From Candidatus Omnitrophota bacterium (lineage in GTDB: Bacteria; Omnitrophota; Omnitrophia; Omnitrophales; JACROU01): 64,000 nt of DNA. The stretch covers positions 16,063 to 80,062 of the forward strand of contig JAJDCD010000022.1 of assembly GCA_029261035.1 (NCBI GenBank), written 5' to 3'. Positions 1-8,722 of this stretch are shown here, in pieces. The notes beneath the pieces were generated by a model. The model was not told the origin of the DNA, searched no databases, and saw only the letters and a list, made by a program, of their open reading frames with translations. Position numbers and translations under genes: made by a program. Each line of letters opens with the position of its first letter. Position 1 is the first letter of the stretch.

Positions 1-780
1 CGTTATGTGATGGATTATGCTCGAGAAAATTTTAAAGAGGTTCGTTTGGAAACAAAAGTATTAGAAATGGCAACCAGCGGAAAGAAAATTAAAGTTACTT
101 TCGAGATAGATGGAAAGCCGGTGGATGAGCTTTATGACAAAGTATTAGTTTCTGTTGGAAGAGCGCCTAACTGTGAAGATATGGGTCTTGAAAACACAAA
201 GATTGAAAAAGACGAAAAAGGATTTATTAAAGTAAACGAAAAACAACAAACAGCAGACGAAAATATATTTGCTATTGGTGATGTTGTGGGTGGTTTGATG
301 TTGGCACACAAAGCATCGAAAGAAGCACGAATTGCTGTTGATGTATTGAGTGGGGAATATAACGAATTTAAAGATATTATTATTCCAGCTGTGGTTTTTA
401 CAGACCCTGAAGTTGCTTGGGCTGGTTTGACAGAATCGGAAGCCAAACAACAAGGGATAAAAGTTGAAGTGGCTCGTTTTCCATGGGCGGCTTCGGGTCG
501 AGCATTAAGTTTTGACCGCACGGATGGTTTAACCAAATTGATTGTTGAGCCAGAAACAGAAAGAGTTTTAGGGATTGGTGTTGTCGGGCATGGAGCAGGA
601 GAGCTTGTGAGTGAAGGCGCTTTTGCTATTGAGATGGGTGCCACAGTTCGCGATTTGGCAGAAACAGTTCATCCTCATCCAACTTTGTCTGAGACTCTGA
701 TGGAATGCGCTGAGGTTTTCTATGGTCATTGTACGCATATGGCACCTAGAAAAAAGTCTCAGGCTGTAAAGCAGGAGTAG
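1..780 (+). CDS. lpdA: dihydrolipoyl dehydrogenase, C-terminal part (5' end outside window)
   Basis: ORF runs in frame from the window edge. Translation shows the FAD/NAD-binding tail and pyridine-nucleotide-disulfide oxidoreductase dimerisation domain (…FAIGDVVGGLMLAHKA… HPHPTLSETLMECAE…). Confidence 0.85.
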   Translation, partial: RYVMDYARENFKEVRLETKVLEMATSGKKIKVTFEIDGKPVDELYDKVLVSVGRAPNCEDMGLENTKIEKDEKGFIKVNEKQQTADENIFAIGDVVGGLMLAHKASKEARIAVDVLSGEYNEFKDIIIPAVVFTDPEVAWAGLTESEAKQQGIKVEVARFPWAASGRALSFDRTDGLTKLIVEPETERVLGIGVVGHGAGELVSEGAFAIEMGATVRDLAETVHPHPTLSETLMECAEVFYGHCTHMAPRKKSQAVKQE

Positions 781-905
781 TTGCTTTGGGAGGCTCGAAA
801 AGGCCTCTGTTAAAGGAAAAACGAGAAAAGATCGATAATTAATAAAGGCGTTTTATTAATGTTTTCAGTGAGAAACGCTGAGAACCTATACCAGGAGGAA
901 TCAAC

Positions 906-1169
906 ATGCCAAGAGGAAATCCAGCAATTAACAAACCGTTAAAGCTAAGTGCAGATTTAGAAGCTGTTATCGGAAAAGGTCCAATACCTCGTGGACAAGT
1001 AATGAAGAAAATATGGGAATACATTAAAGGGAAAGACCTTCAAGATCCAAACAATAAAAGAGATATTATTGCAGACGATAAGTTAAGACCTCTTTTTGAT
1101 GGAAAAGATAAGGTTAATATGTTTGAAATGACCAAATTGCTTTCTAAGCATTTGACAAAAATCGATTAA
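906..1169 (+). CDS. SWIB/MDM2-domain protein (87 aa)
   Basis: Whole protein matches the standalone SWIB fold (…RGQVMKKIWEYIKGKDLQDPNNKRDIIADDKLRPLF…). RBS AGGAGGA sits 5 nt upstream. Standalone SWIB proteins are typical of Chlamydiae. Confidence 0.85.
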   Translation: MPRGNPAINKPLKLSADLEAVIGKGPIPRGQVMKKIWEYIKGKDLQDPNNKRDIIADDKLRPLFDGKDKVNMFEMTKLLSKHLTKID

Positions 1170-1176
1170 TTTTTAA

Positions 1177-1208
1177 GGGCAGCTCATAATTTGAGCTGCC
1201 CTTTTTTT
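1177..1208 (+). terminator. rho-independent terminator after SWIB gene
   Basis: GGGCAGCTCATAATTTGAGCTGCCC hairpin followed by T7. Confidence 0.8.
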
Positions 1209-1237
1209 ATCTCCTTTATTTACAACGGGTTACATAG

Positions 1238-1262
1238 GCTGCTAAATGCAGCTTATTTTTTT
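1238..1262 (+). terminator. second small hairpin + T-run
   Basis: GCTGCtaaatGCAGC followed by TTATTTTTTTG. Confidence 0.45.
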
Positions 1263-1268
1263 GTTTCT

Positions 1269-1293
1269 AAACTGGACTAAATCAGTCCAGTTT
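1269..1293. promoter_or_regulatory. 10-bp-arm perfect inverted repeat AAACTGGACT-N5-AGTCCAGTTT upstream of Rrf2 regulator gene (candidate operator)
   Basis: Seen directly. It lies about 150 bp upstream of the Rrf2/IscR-like gene and is not followed by a T-run. Confidence 0.35.
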
Positions 1294-1440
1294 GGTAGAA
1301 TTGAGTATGGAAGGAGTAATGGGCCTATTGTCTATGGCAGTAGATAAGGCGTATTCAAGCCGTAGTGTCTTCAGTAGTAATCCTATCTCTATCACTCTTT
1401 CCAATAAGTTTGAAGTTTGTAATCGGATTGGAGAGGTCCA

Positions 1441-1905
1441 ATGAAATTTACAACAAAAACAGAATATGGGCTTGTTTGTTTAATTTATATGGCTCGTAAT
1501 AAACAATTGCAGCCGGTGACGGTTAAAGAGATTGTGAGTGAAGAGCATTTTTCTGTTACGTTTACAGAAAAAATTTTACAACAACTCAGAAAAGCAAATA
1601 TTATTGAATCGCATCAGGGGCATGGCGGTGGTTATGTTCTTGCGCGAAACCCTTCAGAGATTACTTTTAAAGAAGTGATCGAGTGTTTAGAAGGGCAGAC
1701 GTTTGATGTTTTTTGTGCACCAAAGGTAAGGGAAGATATTGTTTGTAACCACTTTTCTTTGTGTGGTCTTAAACCTGTTTGGTCTAAGACAAAGCAATTG
1801 TTGGATGAATTTTACAGTGAAGTAACTTTGGATATGATTGTAAATAAAGAGACAAATATGAATGTTGTGAATGACTTTCATGTGTTAAAGGAGGCGAATG
1901 GGTAA
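1441..1905 (+). CDS. Rrf2-family transcriptional regulator (IscR/SufR-like, three-Cys cluster ligand motif)
   Basis: N-terminal wHTH ([15 protein letters not shown]…) and C92/C103/C108 spacing ([19 protein letters not shown]). Its stop overlaps the sufB start by 1 nt. Confidence 0.85.
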   Translation: MKFTTKTEYGLVCLIYMARNKQLQPVTVKEIVSEEHFSVTFTEKILQQLRKANIIESHQGHGGGYVLARNPSEITFKEVIECLEGQTFDVFCAPKVREDIVCNHFSLCGLKPVWSKTKQLLDEFYSEVTLDMIVNKETNMNVVNDFHVLKEANG

Positions 1906-3359
1906 TGAGTAAAGAGAAGACGGTTACGATTGATGAAATTGTAAACCGAGAATACAAATACGGATTTAAGACAGACATTAAACCTGGGATGACTATTAAA
2001 GGTTTGTCTGAGGATACGATTCGCTTTATCTCTGCTCATAAAGAGGAGCCCGAGTGGATGCTTGAGTTTCGTCTTAAAGCATTTCGTCATTGGCAAACGA
2101 TGAAAGAACCGGAATGGGCTAATGTCCATTACCCACCTATTGATTTCCAAGAAGTGATTTATTATTCGGAACCTGAGTTAGAGAAGAAAAAATTGCAGAG
2201 TATGGATGAGGTAGATCCTGAACTTAAAAGAACGTTTGATAAATTAGGTATATCTTTGGTCGAGCAAAAAAAATTAGCAAATGTCGCTGTGGACGCTATT
2301 TTTGACAGCGTTTCTGTTGCGACAACGTTTAAAGAAAAGTTAAAAGAAGCAGGGGTTATTTTTTGCTCTTTCTCAGAGGCGGTTAAAGAGTATCCGGAAC
2401 TTATAAAGAAATATATGGGAACAGTGGTTCCTTATACGGATAATTATTATGCCGCATTGAACTCCGCTGTTTTTACCGATGGTTCCTTTGTTTACATTCC
2501 AAAAAACACAAGATGTCCTATGGAGCTTTCGAGTTACTTTAGAATTAACACAGAAAATTCAGGTCAGTTTGAGAGAACGTTAATTATTTGTGAAGACAAC
2601 AGCCATGTCAGCTATCTTGAAGGGTGTACTGCTCCTAAGTTTGATACAAACCAATTGCATGCAGCTATTGTAGAACTTGTTGCGATGGAGAGTTCTGAAA
2701 TTAAATATTCAACTGTTCAGAATTGGTATGCTGGAGATAAAGAGACGGGTAAGGGTGGGATTTATAACTTTGTAACGAAGCGAGGGAAGTGTCAGGGAGC
2801 TTATTCAAAAATTTCCTGGACTCAAATAGAAACTGGATCGGCTATTACTTGGAAGTATCCAAGTTGTATTCTTTTAGGTGATCATTCTGTTGGTGAGTTC
2901 TATTCTGTTGCTCTTACTGTAGGTTATCAGCAAGCAGATACAGGAACGAAGATGATTCATGTTGGAAAAAATACACGTAGTCGTATTATTTCAAAAGGGA
3001 TTTCTGCAGGTAAATCGAGTAACAGTTATCGTGGGTTGGTTCAGATTGGAAAAAATGCAGAAAATGCTAGGAACTTTACGCAATGCGACTCTTTGCTTAT
3101 TGGAGACACGTGTGGGGCTCATACCTTTCCATATATTGATGTTCAAAACTCTTCGGCACAGCTAGAGCATGAGGCAACAACATCCACTATTAGTGATGAC
3201 CAATTATTTTATTTTCTTTCCAGAGGAATTGGGTCAGAGGATGCGATGACAACGATTATTAATGGATTTTGCAAATCTGTATTTAAGGAGTTGCCGATGG
3301 AGTTTGCTGTAGAAGCAACTCAACTTTTAGGACTTAAATTAGAAGGTACGGTAGGGTAA
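1905..3359 (+). CDS. sufB: Fe-S cluster assembly protein SufB
   Basis: 484 aa with a conserved SufB core (…[28 protein letters not shown]…), first gene of the suf operon. Confidence 0.95.
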   Translation: MSKEKTVTIDEIVNREYKYGFKTDIKPGMTIKGLSEDTIRFISAHKEEPEWMLEFRLKAFRHWQTMKEPEWANVHYPPIDFQEVIYYSEPELEKKKLQSMDEVDPELKRTFDKLGISLVEQKKLANVAVDAIFDSVSVATTFKEKLKEAGVIFCSFSEAVKEYPELIKKYMGTVVPYTDNYYAALNSAVFTDGSFVYIPKNTRCPMELSSYFRINTENSGQFERTLIICEDNSHVSYLEGCTAPKFDTNQLHAAIVELVAMESSEIKYSTVQNWYAGDKETGKGGIYNFVTKRGKCQGAYSKISWTQIETGSAITWKYPSCILLGDHSVGEFYSVALTVGYQQADTGTKMIHVGKNTRSRIISKGISAGKSSNSYRGLVQIGKNAENARNFTQCDSLLIGDTCGAHTFPYIDVQNSSAQLEHEATTSTISDDQLFYFLSRGIGSEDAMTTIINGFCKSVFKELPMEFAVEATQLLGLKLEGTVG

Positions 3360-3426
3360 AGACAGTTTTTGGCTTTTAATAAAAACCAATTACTAATAGC
3401 TAAGAACAATGACAAAGGGGAAAGAC

Positions 3427-4170
3427 ATGTTAAGCATTAAAGATTTAACTGCTACGATTGCAGACAAGCAGATTTTGAAGGGGATTAATTTAGAGGTGAA
3501 GGCAGGAGAGGTTCATGCCATTATGGGGCCTAACGGTTCTGGAAAGAGCACTTTAGCTAAGGTTTTGGCTGGAGCACCGCATATTCAAGAAGCAAAAGGT
3601 GAGGTTTTGTTTGAAGGAAAACCTTTGCTGGATATGGCTCCGGAAGACCGAGCTTTGGCAGGTGTGTTTATGGCATTTCAATATCCGGTGGAAGTGCCCG
3701 GGGTGAACAATGCCTCATTTCTAAGAATGGCATATAACGCAAGGTTAAAAGCGGCAGGAAAAGAAGAAGTGGATCCATTGGAGTTTGATGAGTTGCTTAT
3801 TGAAAAATCAAAAATAGTTGAAATTCCAGAACACTTTTTGGATCGGGCTGTAAATCACGGTTTTTCTGGTGGTGAGAAAAAAAGAAATGAAATTTTACAA
3901 ATGGCTGTTCTGGACCCTAAGTTAGCTTTGTTAGATGAAACAGATTCAGGGTTAGATGTAGATGCGCTTCGCATTGTTGCTGGAGGAATTAATAGACTTC
4001 GATCTAAAGATAAAGCTATTATTTTAGTGACGCATTATCAAAGAATCTTAGATTATATTCAACCGGACTTCGTTCATATTTTATTTGATGGACGCATTAT
4101 AAAGTCGGGAGATAAAAGTTTGGCTTTAGAAGTAGAAGAACAAGGTTTTGAGAACATAAAAGCGGGATAG
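3427..4170 (+). CDS. sufC: Fe-S cluster assembly ATPase SufC
   Basis: Walker A GPNGSGKST, ABC signature FSGGEKKR, Walker B LALLDETDSGLD. Start moved to the ATG after the GGGGA RBS; the ORF track starts at 3409. Confidence 0.95.
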   Translation: MLSIKDLTATIADKQILKGINLEVKAGEVHAIMGPNGSGKSTLAKVLAGAPHIQEAKGEVLFEGKPLLDMAPEDRALAGVFMAFQYPVEVPGVNNASFLRMAYNARLKAAGKEEVDPLEFDELLIEKSKIVEIPEHFLDRAVNHGFSGGEKKRNEILQMAVLDPKLALLDETDSGLDVDALRIVAGGINRLRSKDKAIILVTHYQRILDYIQPDFVHILFDGRIIKSGDKSLALEVEEQGFENIKAG

Positions 4171-4175
4171 GAGCC

Positions 4176-4252
4176 TTGTCATCCTGAATGTAACGAAGTA
4201 TATCAGGTAAAAGATTTTTCAGCTCATTTTTTAAAATGCCTCAGAATGACAT
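4176..4252. repeat. MITE-like intergenic repeat, family A (inverted termini GTCATCCTGA / TCAGAATGAC)
   Basis: Seen in sequence, between sufC and sufD. Confidence 0.6.
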
Positions 4253-4281
4253 GTGTAAGATATTTTTTTTGGAGAATAAAG

Positions 4282-5619
4282 ATGACGGATATAAAACAGA
4301 AATCACAGTTTAAAGAGTGCTTTAATGATAAAAAGCTTTCTTTTGAAAGTTTAGATTGGGTGAAATCTGTCCAAGAGAGGGCATGGACTCAGTTTCAGAG
4401 TTTGGGATTTCCGACTCAAAAGGATGAAGGGTGGAAATATTTTAATATAGAGTCACTTCTTAAGAATTCTTATGAGAGTGAAAGAAATTTTGAGCTTACT
4501 TCAGAGATGACGACGCGTATTCAACGTTATTTCTATGAAGAATCAGCTGCGAGTCGATTAACTTTTTTGAATGGAAAAAAAGAAAGTGGTATGACAAGCT
4601 TAAAAGATTTGCCTGCTGGAGTGGAGTTTCTTCCTTTGTCTGAAGCATTAAAAACGAAAGAAAGTAAAATAAAGCCTTATTTAGGTCTGAATATTGAAAA
4701 AGAAGAAAATGCTTTCAGCGCTTTAAATGCGGCACAGTTTGAAGAAGGCATCTTTTTATACGTACCTAGAGATACGGTTGTTGATATTCCGATTCATTTG
4801 TTGTTTTTTAATTTAAGTTCAGATTCCACACCTTGGATTGCTCATCCGCGTAATATTATTGTTGTCGACGAAGGAGCTAAGCTTAATTTGGTTTATGAAC
4901 AAGTAGGATTGGATGTGAATAGTACTTTAATTAATGTATTTAACCAAATTCATTGTGAGAAAAACTCTTCGGTTCATTATCTTGGGATACAAAGAGAATC
5001 TCTTGGATCTTATCATTTAATGAATTCTCATGTTTATCTTCAAGAGGGAAGTAGCTTTGAAGGGGTTTTGTTTGCTCAGGGTGGTTCTGCAAGAAGAGAT
5101 GAATTTCAGTTCTACATTGAAGGAGAAAATACGCACTGCTCTTTGAAGGGGTTAGGGGTTTTGGCAGGAGAGTCCAAGTTGTTTTCTCATGTGACCGTGC
5201 ATCACCAAAAGCCTCATGGTAGCAGTAAGCAGTTATTTAAAAATATTTTAGCGGACAAAGCTCAATCAGAGTTTAATAGTTTGGTTCATGTATATCCGCA
5301 AGCGCAGAAGTCGGACACACATCAGCTAAATAGAAACCTTTTAGTTTCTGATAAAGCTCGAGCGTATTCTAGGCCGCAGCTTAAGATTGAAGCGGATGAT
5401 GTTCAGTGTGCTCACGGCTCTTCCATAGGTCAAATGGAAGAAGATGAGTTGTTTTATTTGCAAAGTCGTGGATTGAATAAACAACTAGCACGCTTTGTGA
5501 TGACATTTGGATTTGCAGAAGAGGTTTTAGAAGGAATTCAGATTCCAACCTTAAAAAGAGATTTGGAATGTGCGCTTCGAATAGAGTTGGAAACAATACT
5601 GAATAAGCATCAAGTGTAA
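4282..5619 (+). CDS. sufD: Fe-S cluster assembly protein SufD
   Basis: SufB/SufD-family C-terminal β-helix. Start chosen at MTDIKQ after the GGAG RBS; the track ORF begins at 4246 inside an intergenic repeat. Confidence 0.85.
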   Translation: MTDIKQKSQFKECFNDKKLSFESLDWVKSVQERAWTQFQSLGFPTQKDEGWKYFNIESLLKNSYESERNFELTSEMTTRIQRYFYEESAASRLTFLNGKKESGMTSLKDLPAGVEFLPLSEALKTKESKIKPYLGLNIEKEENAFSALNAAQFEEGIFLYVPRDTVVDIPIHLLFFNLSSDSTPWIAHPRNIIVVDEGAKLNLVYEQVGLDVNSTLINVFNQIHCEKNSSVHYLGIQRESLGSYHLMNSHVYLQEGSSFEGVLFAQGGSARRDEFQFYIEGENTHCSLKGLGVLAGESKLFSHVTVHHQKPHGSSKQLFKNILADKAQSEFNSLVHVYPQAQKSDTHQLNRNLLVSDKARAYSRPQLKIEADDVQCAHGSSIGQMEEDELFYLQSRGLNKQLARFVMTFGFAEEVLEGIQIPTLKRDLECALRIELETILNKHQV

Positions 5620-5623
5620 TAAG

Positions 5624-5712
5624 TTTGTCATCCTGAGCGTAGCGAAGGATCTCTGGCAAAGGAGTAAAGTTTTTCGGAAGATTCTTCGTCGCAAAGTTCC
5701 TCAGAATGACAG
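5624..5712. repeat. family A repeat (TTGTCATCCTGAGCGTAGCGAAGGATC … CCTCAGAATGACAG)
   Basis: Between sufD and sufS. Its first 27 nt recur inverted at 41140-41166. Confidence 0.65.
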
Positions 5713-5732
5713 TAAGAGGTAGGTGAATAATC

Positions 5733-6965
5733 ATGTTAACAAAAGACATAATCAACGTAGAAAAAATCAGAAAAGATTTCCCCGTTCTTTCTACTACCAT
5801 GCACAAACATCCTCTAGCTTATTTAGATAATGCAGCAACCACACAAAAACCCCTAGTTGTTATTGATAGAATCAACCGTTTCTTAAAAGAAGAGTATGCA
5901 ACCGTAAGTCGTGGTGTTTATATTCTGAGTCAAAATGCAACTCAAGAATGTCATGAGGTTAGGGAAAAGTGTCAGAAGTTTTTGAATGCAGAGAAATTAG
6001 AAGAGATTATTTTTGTTCGAGGTACGACAGAGGCGATTAATTTAGTGGCAGCATCTTATGGTAGGAAGTTTTTAAAATCAGGAGATGAAATTATCATTTC
6101 TGAGATTGAGCATCACGCAAATATTGTTCCCTGGAAACGATTGAGTGATGAAAAGGGTTTGGTTTTAAAAGTGATTCCTGTTAATGATGAGGGAGAGCTT
6201 ATTCTTGAAGAATACAAAAAAATGCTTACAGAAAAGACCAAATTAGTTGCTGTGGGCCATATTTCGAATGCGTTAGGAACCGTGCATCCGATTAAGCAAA
6301 TTATTAAATGGGCCCATGAAGTAGGGGCGAAGGTCCTTATTGATGGAGCTCAAGGAGCGCCTCATACCAAGGTAGATGTTCAGGAATTAGATTGTGATTT
6401 TTACTGTTTTTCAGGCCATAAGATTTATGGTCCAACTGGGATTGGTATCTTATACGGAAAATATGACTTACTTGATTCTATGGATCCATATCAAGGTGGA
6501 GGTGAGATGATCGAATTGGTGACTTTTGAGAAAATCACCTATGCTAAGCCTCCAAGTCGCTTTGAAGCTGGAACTATTGCTATAGCTGAGATAGTAGGTT
6601 TGGGCCCAGCCTTAGACTATATCGAGAAAATTGGTCTAGAAAAAATAGCTGCTTATGAAGATGAGTTATTGAGAGTAGCAACAGAAAAATTGAAAGAAAT
6701 GGACGATATTACTTTGATTGGAACAGCAAAAGAAAAAGCTGGAATTATTTCTTTTGAGATGGATGAGGTGCATCCGCATGATATAGGCACTATTTTAGAT
6801 CAAGAAGGCGTAGCTATTCGGACGGGGCATCATTGCGCTCAGCCAACGATGAAACGGTTTGGTGTGCCTGCAACAGCTCGCGCCTCGTTTTCGTTTTATA
6901 ATAACCAACAAGATCTAGAGGCTCTTTTTAGAGGGTTGGACAAGGTGAGGGAGGTGTTTAAATGA
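5733..6965 (+). CDS. sufS: cysteine desulfurase SufS (class V aminotransferase)
   Basis: PLP-lysine motif FSGHKIYGPTGIG and active-site Cys loop RTGHHCAQP, 410 aa. Confidence 0.93.
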   Translation: MLTKDIINVEKIRKDFPVLSTTMHKHPLAYLDNAATTQKPLVVIDRINRFLKEEYATVSRGVYILSQNATQECHEVREKCQKFLNAEKLEEIIFVRGTTEAINLVAASYGRKFLKSGDEIIISEIEHHANIVPWKRLSDEKGLVLKVIPVNDEGELILEEYKKMLTEKTKLVAVGHISNALGTVHPIKQIIKWAHEVGAKVLIDGAQGAPHTKVDVQELDCDFYCFSGHKIYGPTGIGILYGKYDLLDSMDPYQGGGEMIELVTFEKITYAKPPSRFEAGTIAIAEIVGLGPALDYIEKIGLEKIAAYEDELLRVATEKLKEMDDITLIGTAKEKAGIISFEMDEVHPHDIGTILDQEGVAIRTGHHCAQPTMKRFGVPATARASFSFYNNQQDLEALFRGLDKVREVFK

Positions 6966-7411
6966 ACATCCCAGAACCTAAGTTAGATCATCTATATCAA
7001 GAAACCATTCTTGAACATAATAAGAATCCGAGAAACTTTAAAGAGTTAGAGAGTCCAACGCTTTATTCTCATGGTCATAACCCTGTTTGTGGTGATGACT
7101 ATCATTTATATTTAAATACAGATACAAATAAAGTGATTACTGATATTGCTTTTCATGGCTCAGGATGTGCGATATCAAAATCATGCGCGTCTATCATGAC
7201 GACTCTTGTTAAAGGAAAGACCTTAGAAGAAGCTCAGGAGTTGGAGGAAAACTTTTCTTCTTTTATGACCGATAAAGAAGTGAGTGAAATTACAAAAGAA
7301 AAAGTGGGGCGTTTAAAAATGTTTGAAGGAGTACGAGAGTTTCCTATTCGCATTAAATGCGCCACTTTAATTTGGCATGCACTGAAGGATGCAATCAAAG
7401 ATAGCAAATAG
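6962..7411 (+). CDS. sufU: SUF-system NifU/IscU-like scaffold (SufU)
   Basis: ATGA start/stop overlap with sufS. Conserved Cys residues (NPVCGDD…HGSGCAISKS…IKCATL). Confidence 0.88.
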   Translation: MNIPEPKLDHLYQETILEHNKNPRNFKELESPTLYSHGHNPVCGDDYHLYLNTDTNKVITDIAFHGSGCAISKSCASIMTTLVKGKTLEEAQELEENFSSFMTDKEVSEITKEKVGRLKMFEGVREFPIRIKCATLIWHALKDAIKDSK

Positions 7412-7440
7412 CTATTAGCCTTTAGCCACTAGCCATTGAA

Positions 7441-7515
7441 TTGTCATCCCCGACCTGATCGGGGATCCAGTTTTTTAATTACCTGGATTCCCGACAAAAG
7501 ATTTCTGGAATGACA
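7441..7515. repeat. family A repeat (TTGTCATCCCCGA … CTGGATTCCCGACAAAAGATTTCTGGAATGACAG)
   Basis: After sufU. Its core recurs at 53399-53432 and 57040-57088. Confidence 0.65.
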
Positions 7516-7539
7516 GTTGTTCTGGTTAGGAGGTTTTTT

Positions 7540-7570
7540 CTATCCGCTAAACGCTCTATGCTGAACGCTA
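7540..7570. repeat. family B motif CTATCCGCTAAACGCTCTATGCTGAACGC, immediately 5' of DUF59 gene
   Basis: Recurs at 52094-52126 (5' of lipA) and partially inverted at 56935-56950. Confidence 0.55.
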
Positions 7571-7589
7571 ATAAACAGAGGATAATAAC

Positions 7590-8135
7590 ATGGAACCAGG
7601 AACAGTAATTGAATTAACTCGAGATTGTGAAGTGACCCTCATCCCTGAGGGTACCAAAGCAACCATTGCAAAAGGAACCAGTGTGCGTGTTACACAGTCA
7701 TTAGGAGGGACTCATACTGTGGTTACAGAGCAGGGGCCTATGGTAAGTATTTCTAGTGAAAATGCAGATGCTTTAGGGGTTGAGGCAGCAGGTTCTGAGA
7801 ATCAATATGATGAAAATATGGATAAAGATGAATTTGAAAAGTGCGTTTGGGAAAAATTGAAAACTTGTTATGACCCTGAGATTCCTCATAATATTGTTGA
7901 TTTGGGTTTGATTTATGGATGTAATATTATTGAGAAAGACGGGCTTAGAACCGTGGGTATTACGATGACTCTTACAGCTCCTGGTTGTGGGATGGGCGAC
8001 TGGCTCGCTCAAGATATTAGAACCAAAGTAAGTGTTCTTCCAAAAGTGGAGAAAGTCCATGTGGAAGTTGTTTTTGACCCTCCTTGGGATAAAGAAAAAA
8101 TGTCCCCAGCTTTACGTCGCCAAATGAACTTATAA
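7590..8135 (+). CDS. DUF59 (MIP18/SufT-like) Fe-S assembly protein with ~75-aa N-terminal extension
   Basis: C-terminal …YDPEIPHNIVDLGLIYG…TLTAPGCGMG… is the DUF59 signature. The N-terminal 75 aa is unassigned. Confidence 0.75.
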   Translation: MEPGTVIELTRDCEVTLIPEGTKATIAKGTSVRVTQSLGGTHTVVTEQGPMVSISSENADALGVEAAGSENQYDENMDKDEFEKCVWEKLKTCYDPEIPHNIVDLGLIYGCNIIEKDGLRTVGITMTLTAPGCGMGDWLAQDIRTKVSVLPKVEKVHVEVVFDPPWDKEKMSPALRRQMNL

Positions 8136-8199
8136 TTTATCTAACCTTGATCCTTTTTATAGCTAAGGTATACTATAATTATATTAACCTTTAACGGTA

Positions 8200-8457
8200 G
8201 TGGTGGATATGTCTTCAGAAAAAGAAAATATTAAAAATATAATAGACTTATTGTTAGTGGATATAGAAGAAGAGGAAGTGGGGATTAGTCTGCTTTCAAC
8301 CTTTTATCAAAACGAAGAAGAGCTTACTCTTTTTTCCAACGGAAATAAAAAGACTGTAATGCGCATTTTGAAACGATTAGCGGATGACAGTATGCGCCAC
8401 AAGCAAATAGTAGAAGAAATTATAGATCTTCTAAGTAAGGAATATCATGGAAAATGA
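8200..8457 (+). CDS. hypothetical small helical protein (85 aa)
   Basis: ORF with acidic helical sequence. Overlaps the next ORF via ATGA. Confidence 0.45.
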   Translation: MVDMSSEKENIKNIIDLLLVDIEEEEVGISLLSTFYQNEEELTLFSNGNKKTVMRILKRLADDSMRHKQIVEEIIDLLSKEYHGK

Positions 8458-8689
8458 GTTCTTAAAGAATTTGTGGCAGCTTCGTTTTGAGAAGATGAAA
8501 AAGAACGAAGAAGAAGCGGCTTGGGCTTATCAAGAAGTTCTAGATCTTTGTCTTGTTCTTTTTGGTGGAGCACACCCTGTTATTGAAAAACTTCAAACGC
8601 TTGTTAAAGAAGAAAGAATGCACGAAAAATTAGCAGAAGAATTGATCGAAATTGGTCGGATGACCCACCCCGAATGTGGTGGCCTTTAA
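8447..8689 (+). CDS. hypothetical small helical protein (80 aa), ExxH motif
   Basis: ORF translationally coupled to the previous one; …EERMHEKLAEE…. Confidence 0.45.
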   Translation: MENEFLKNLWQLRFEKMKKNEEEAAWAYQEVLDLCLVLFGGAHPVIEKLQTLVKEERMHEKLAEELIEIGRMTHPECGGL

Positions 8690-8722
8690 CTTTCTGTTGC
8701 TCTCAACTTTAAAAAGGGAGAT

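Noticed and set aside
132-644. Antisense ORFs inside lpdA (132-644 −, 145-453 −) and many similar minus-strand or out-of-frame ORFs throughout the window (e.g. 5381-5806 −, 10716-10991 −, 24585-24902 −, 56565-57125 −)
   Set aside because: They lie wholly within or against well-supported conserved genes and have low-complexity or odd composition, so they are shadow ORFs.
1307-1444. 45-codon ORF ending in an ATGA overlap with the Rrf2 gene start
   Set aside because: It has no RBS and no recognisable sequence features. It is probably a chance ORF in the leader, although translational coupling cannot be excluded.
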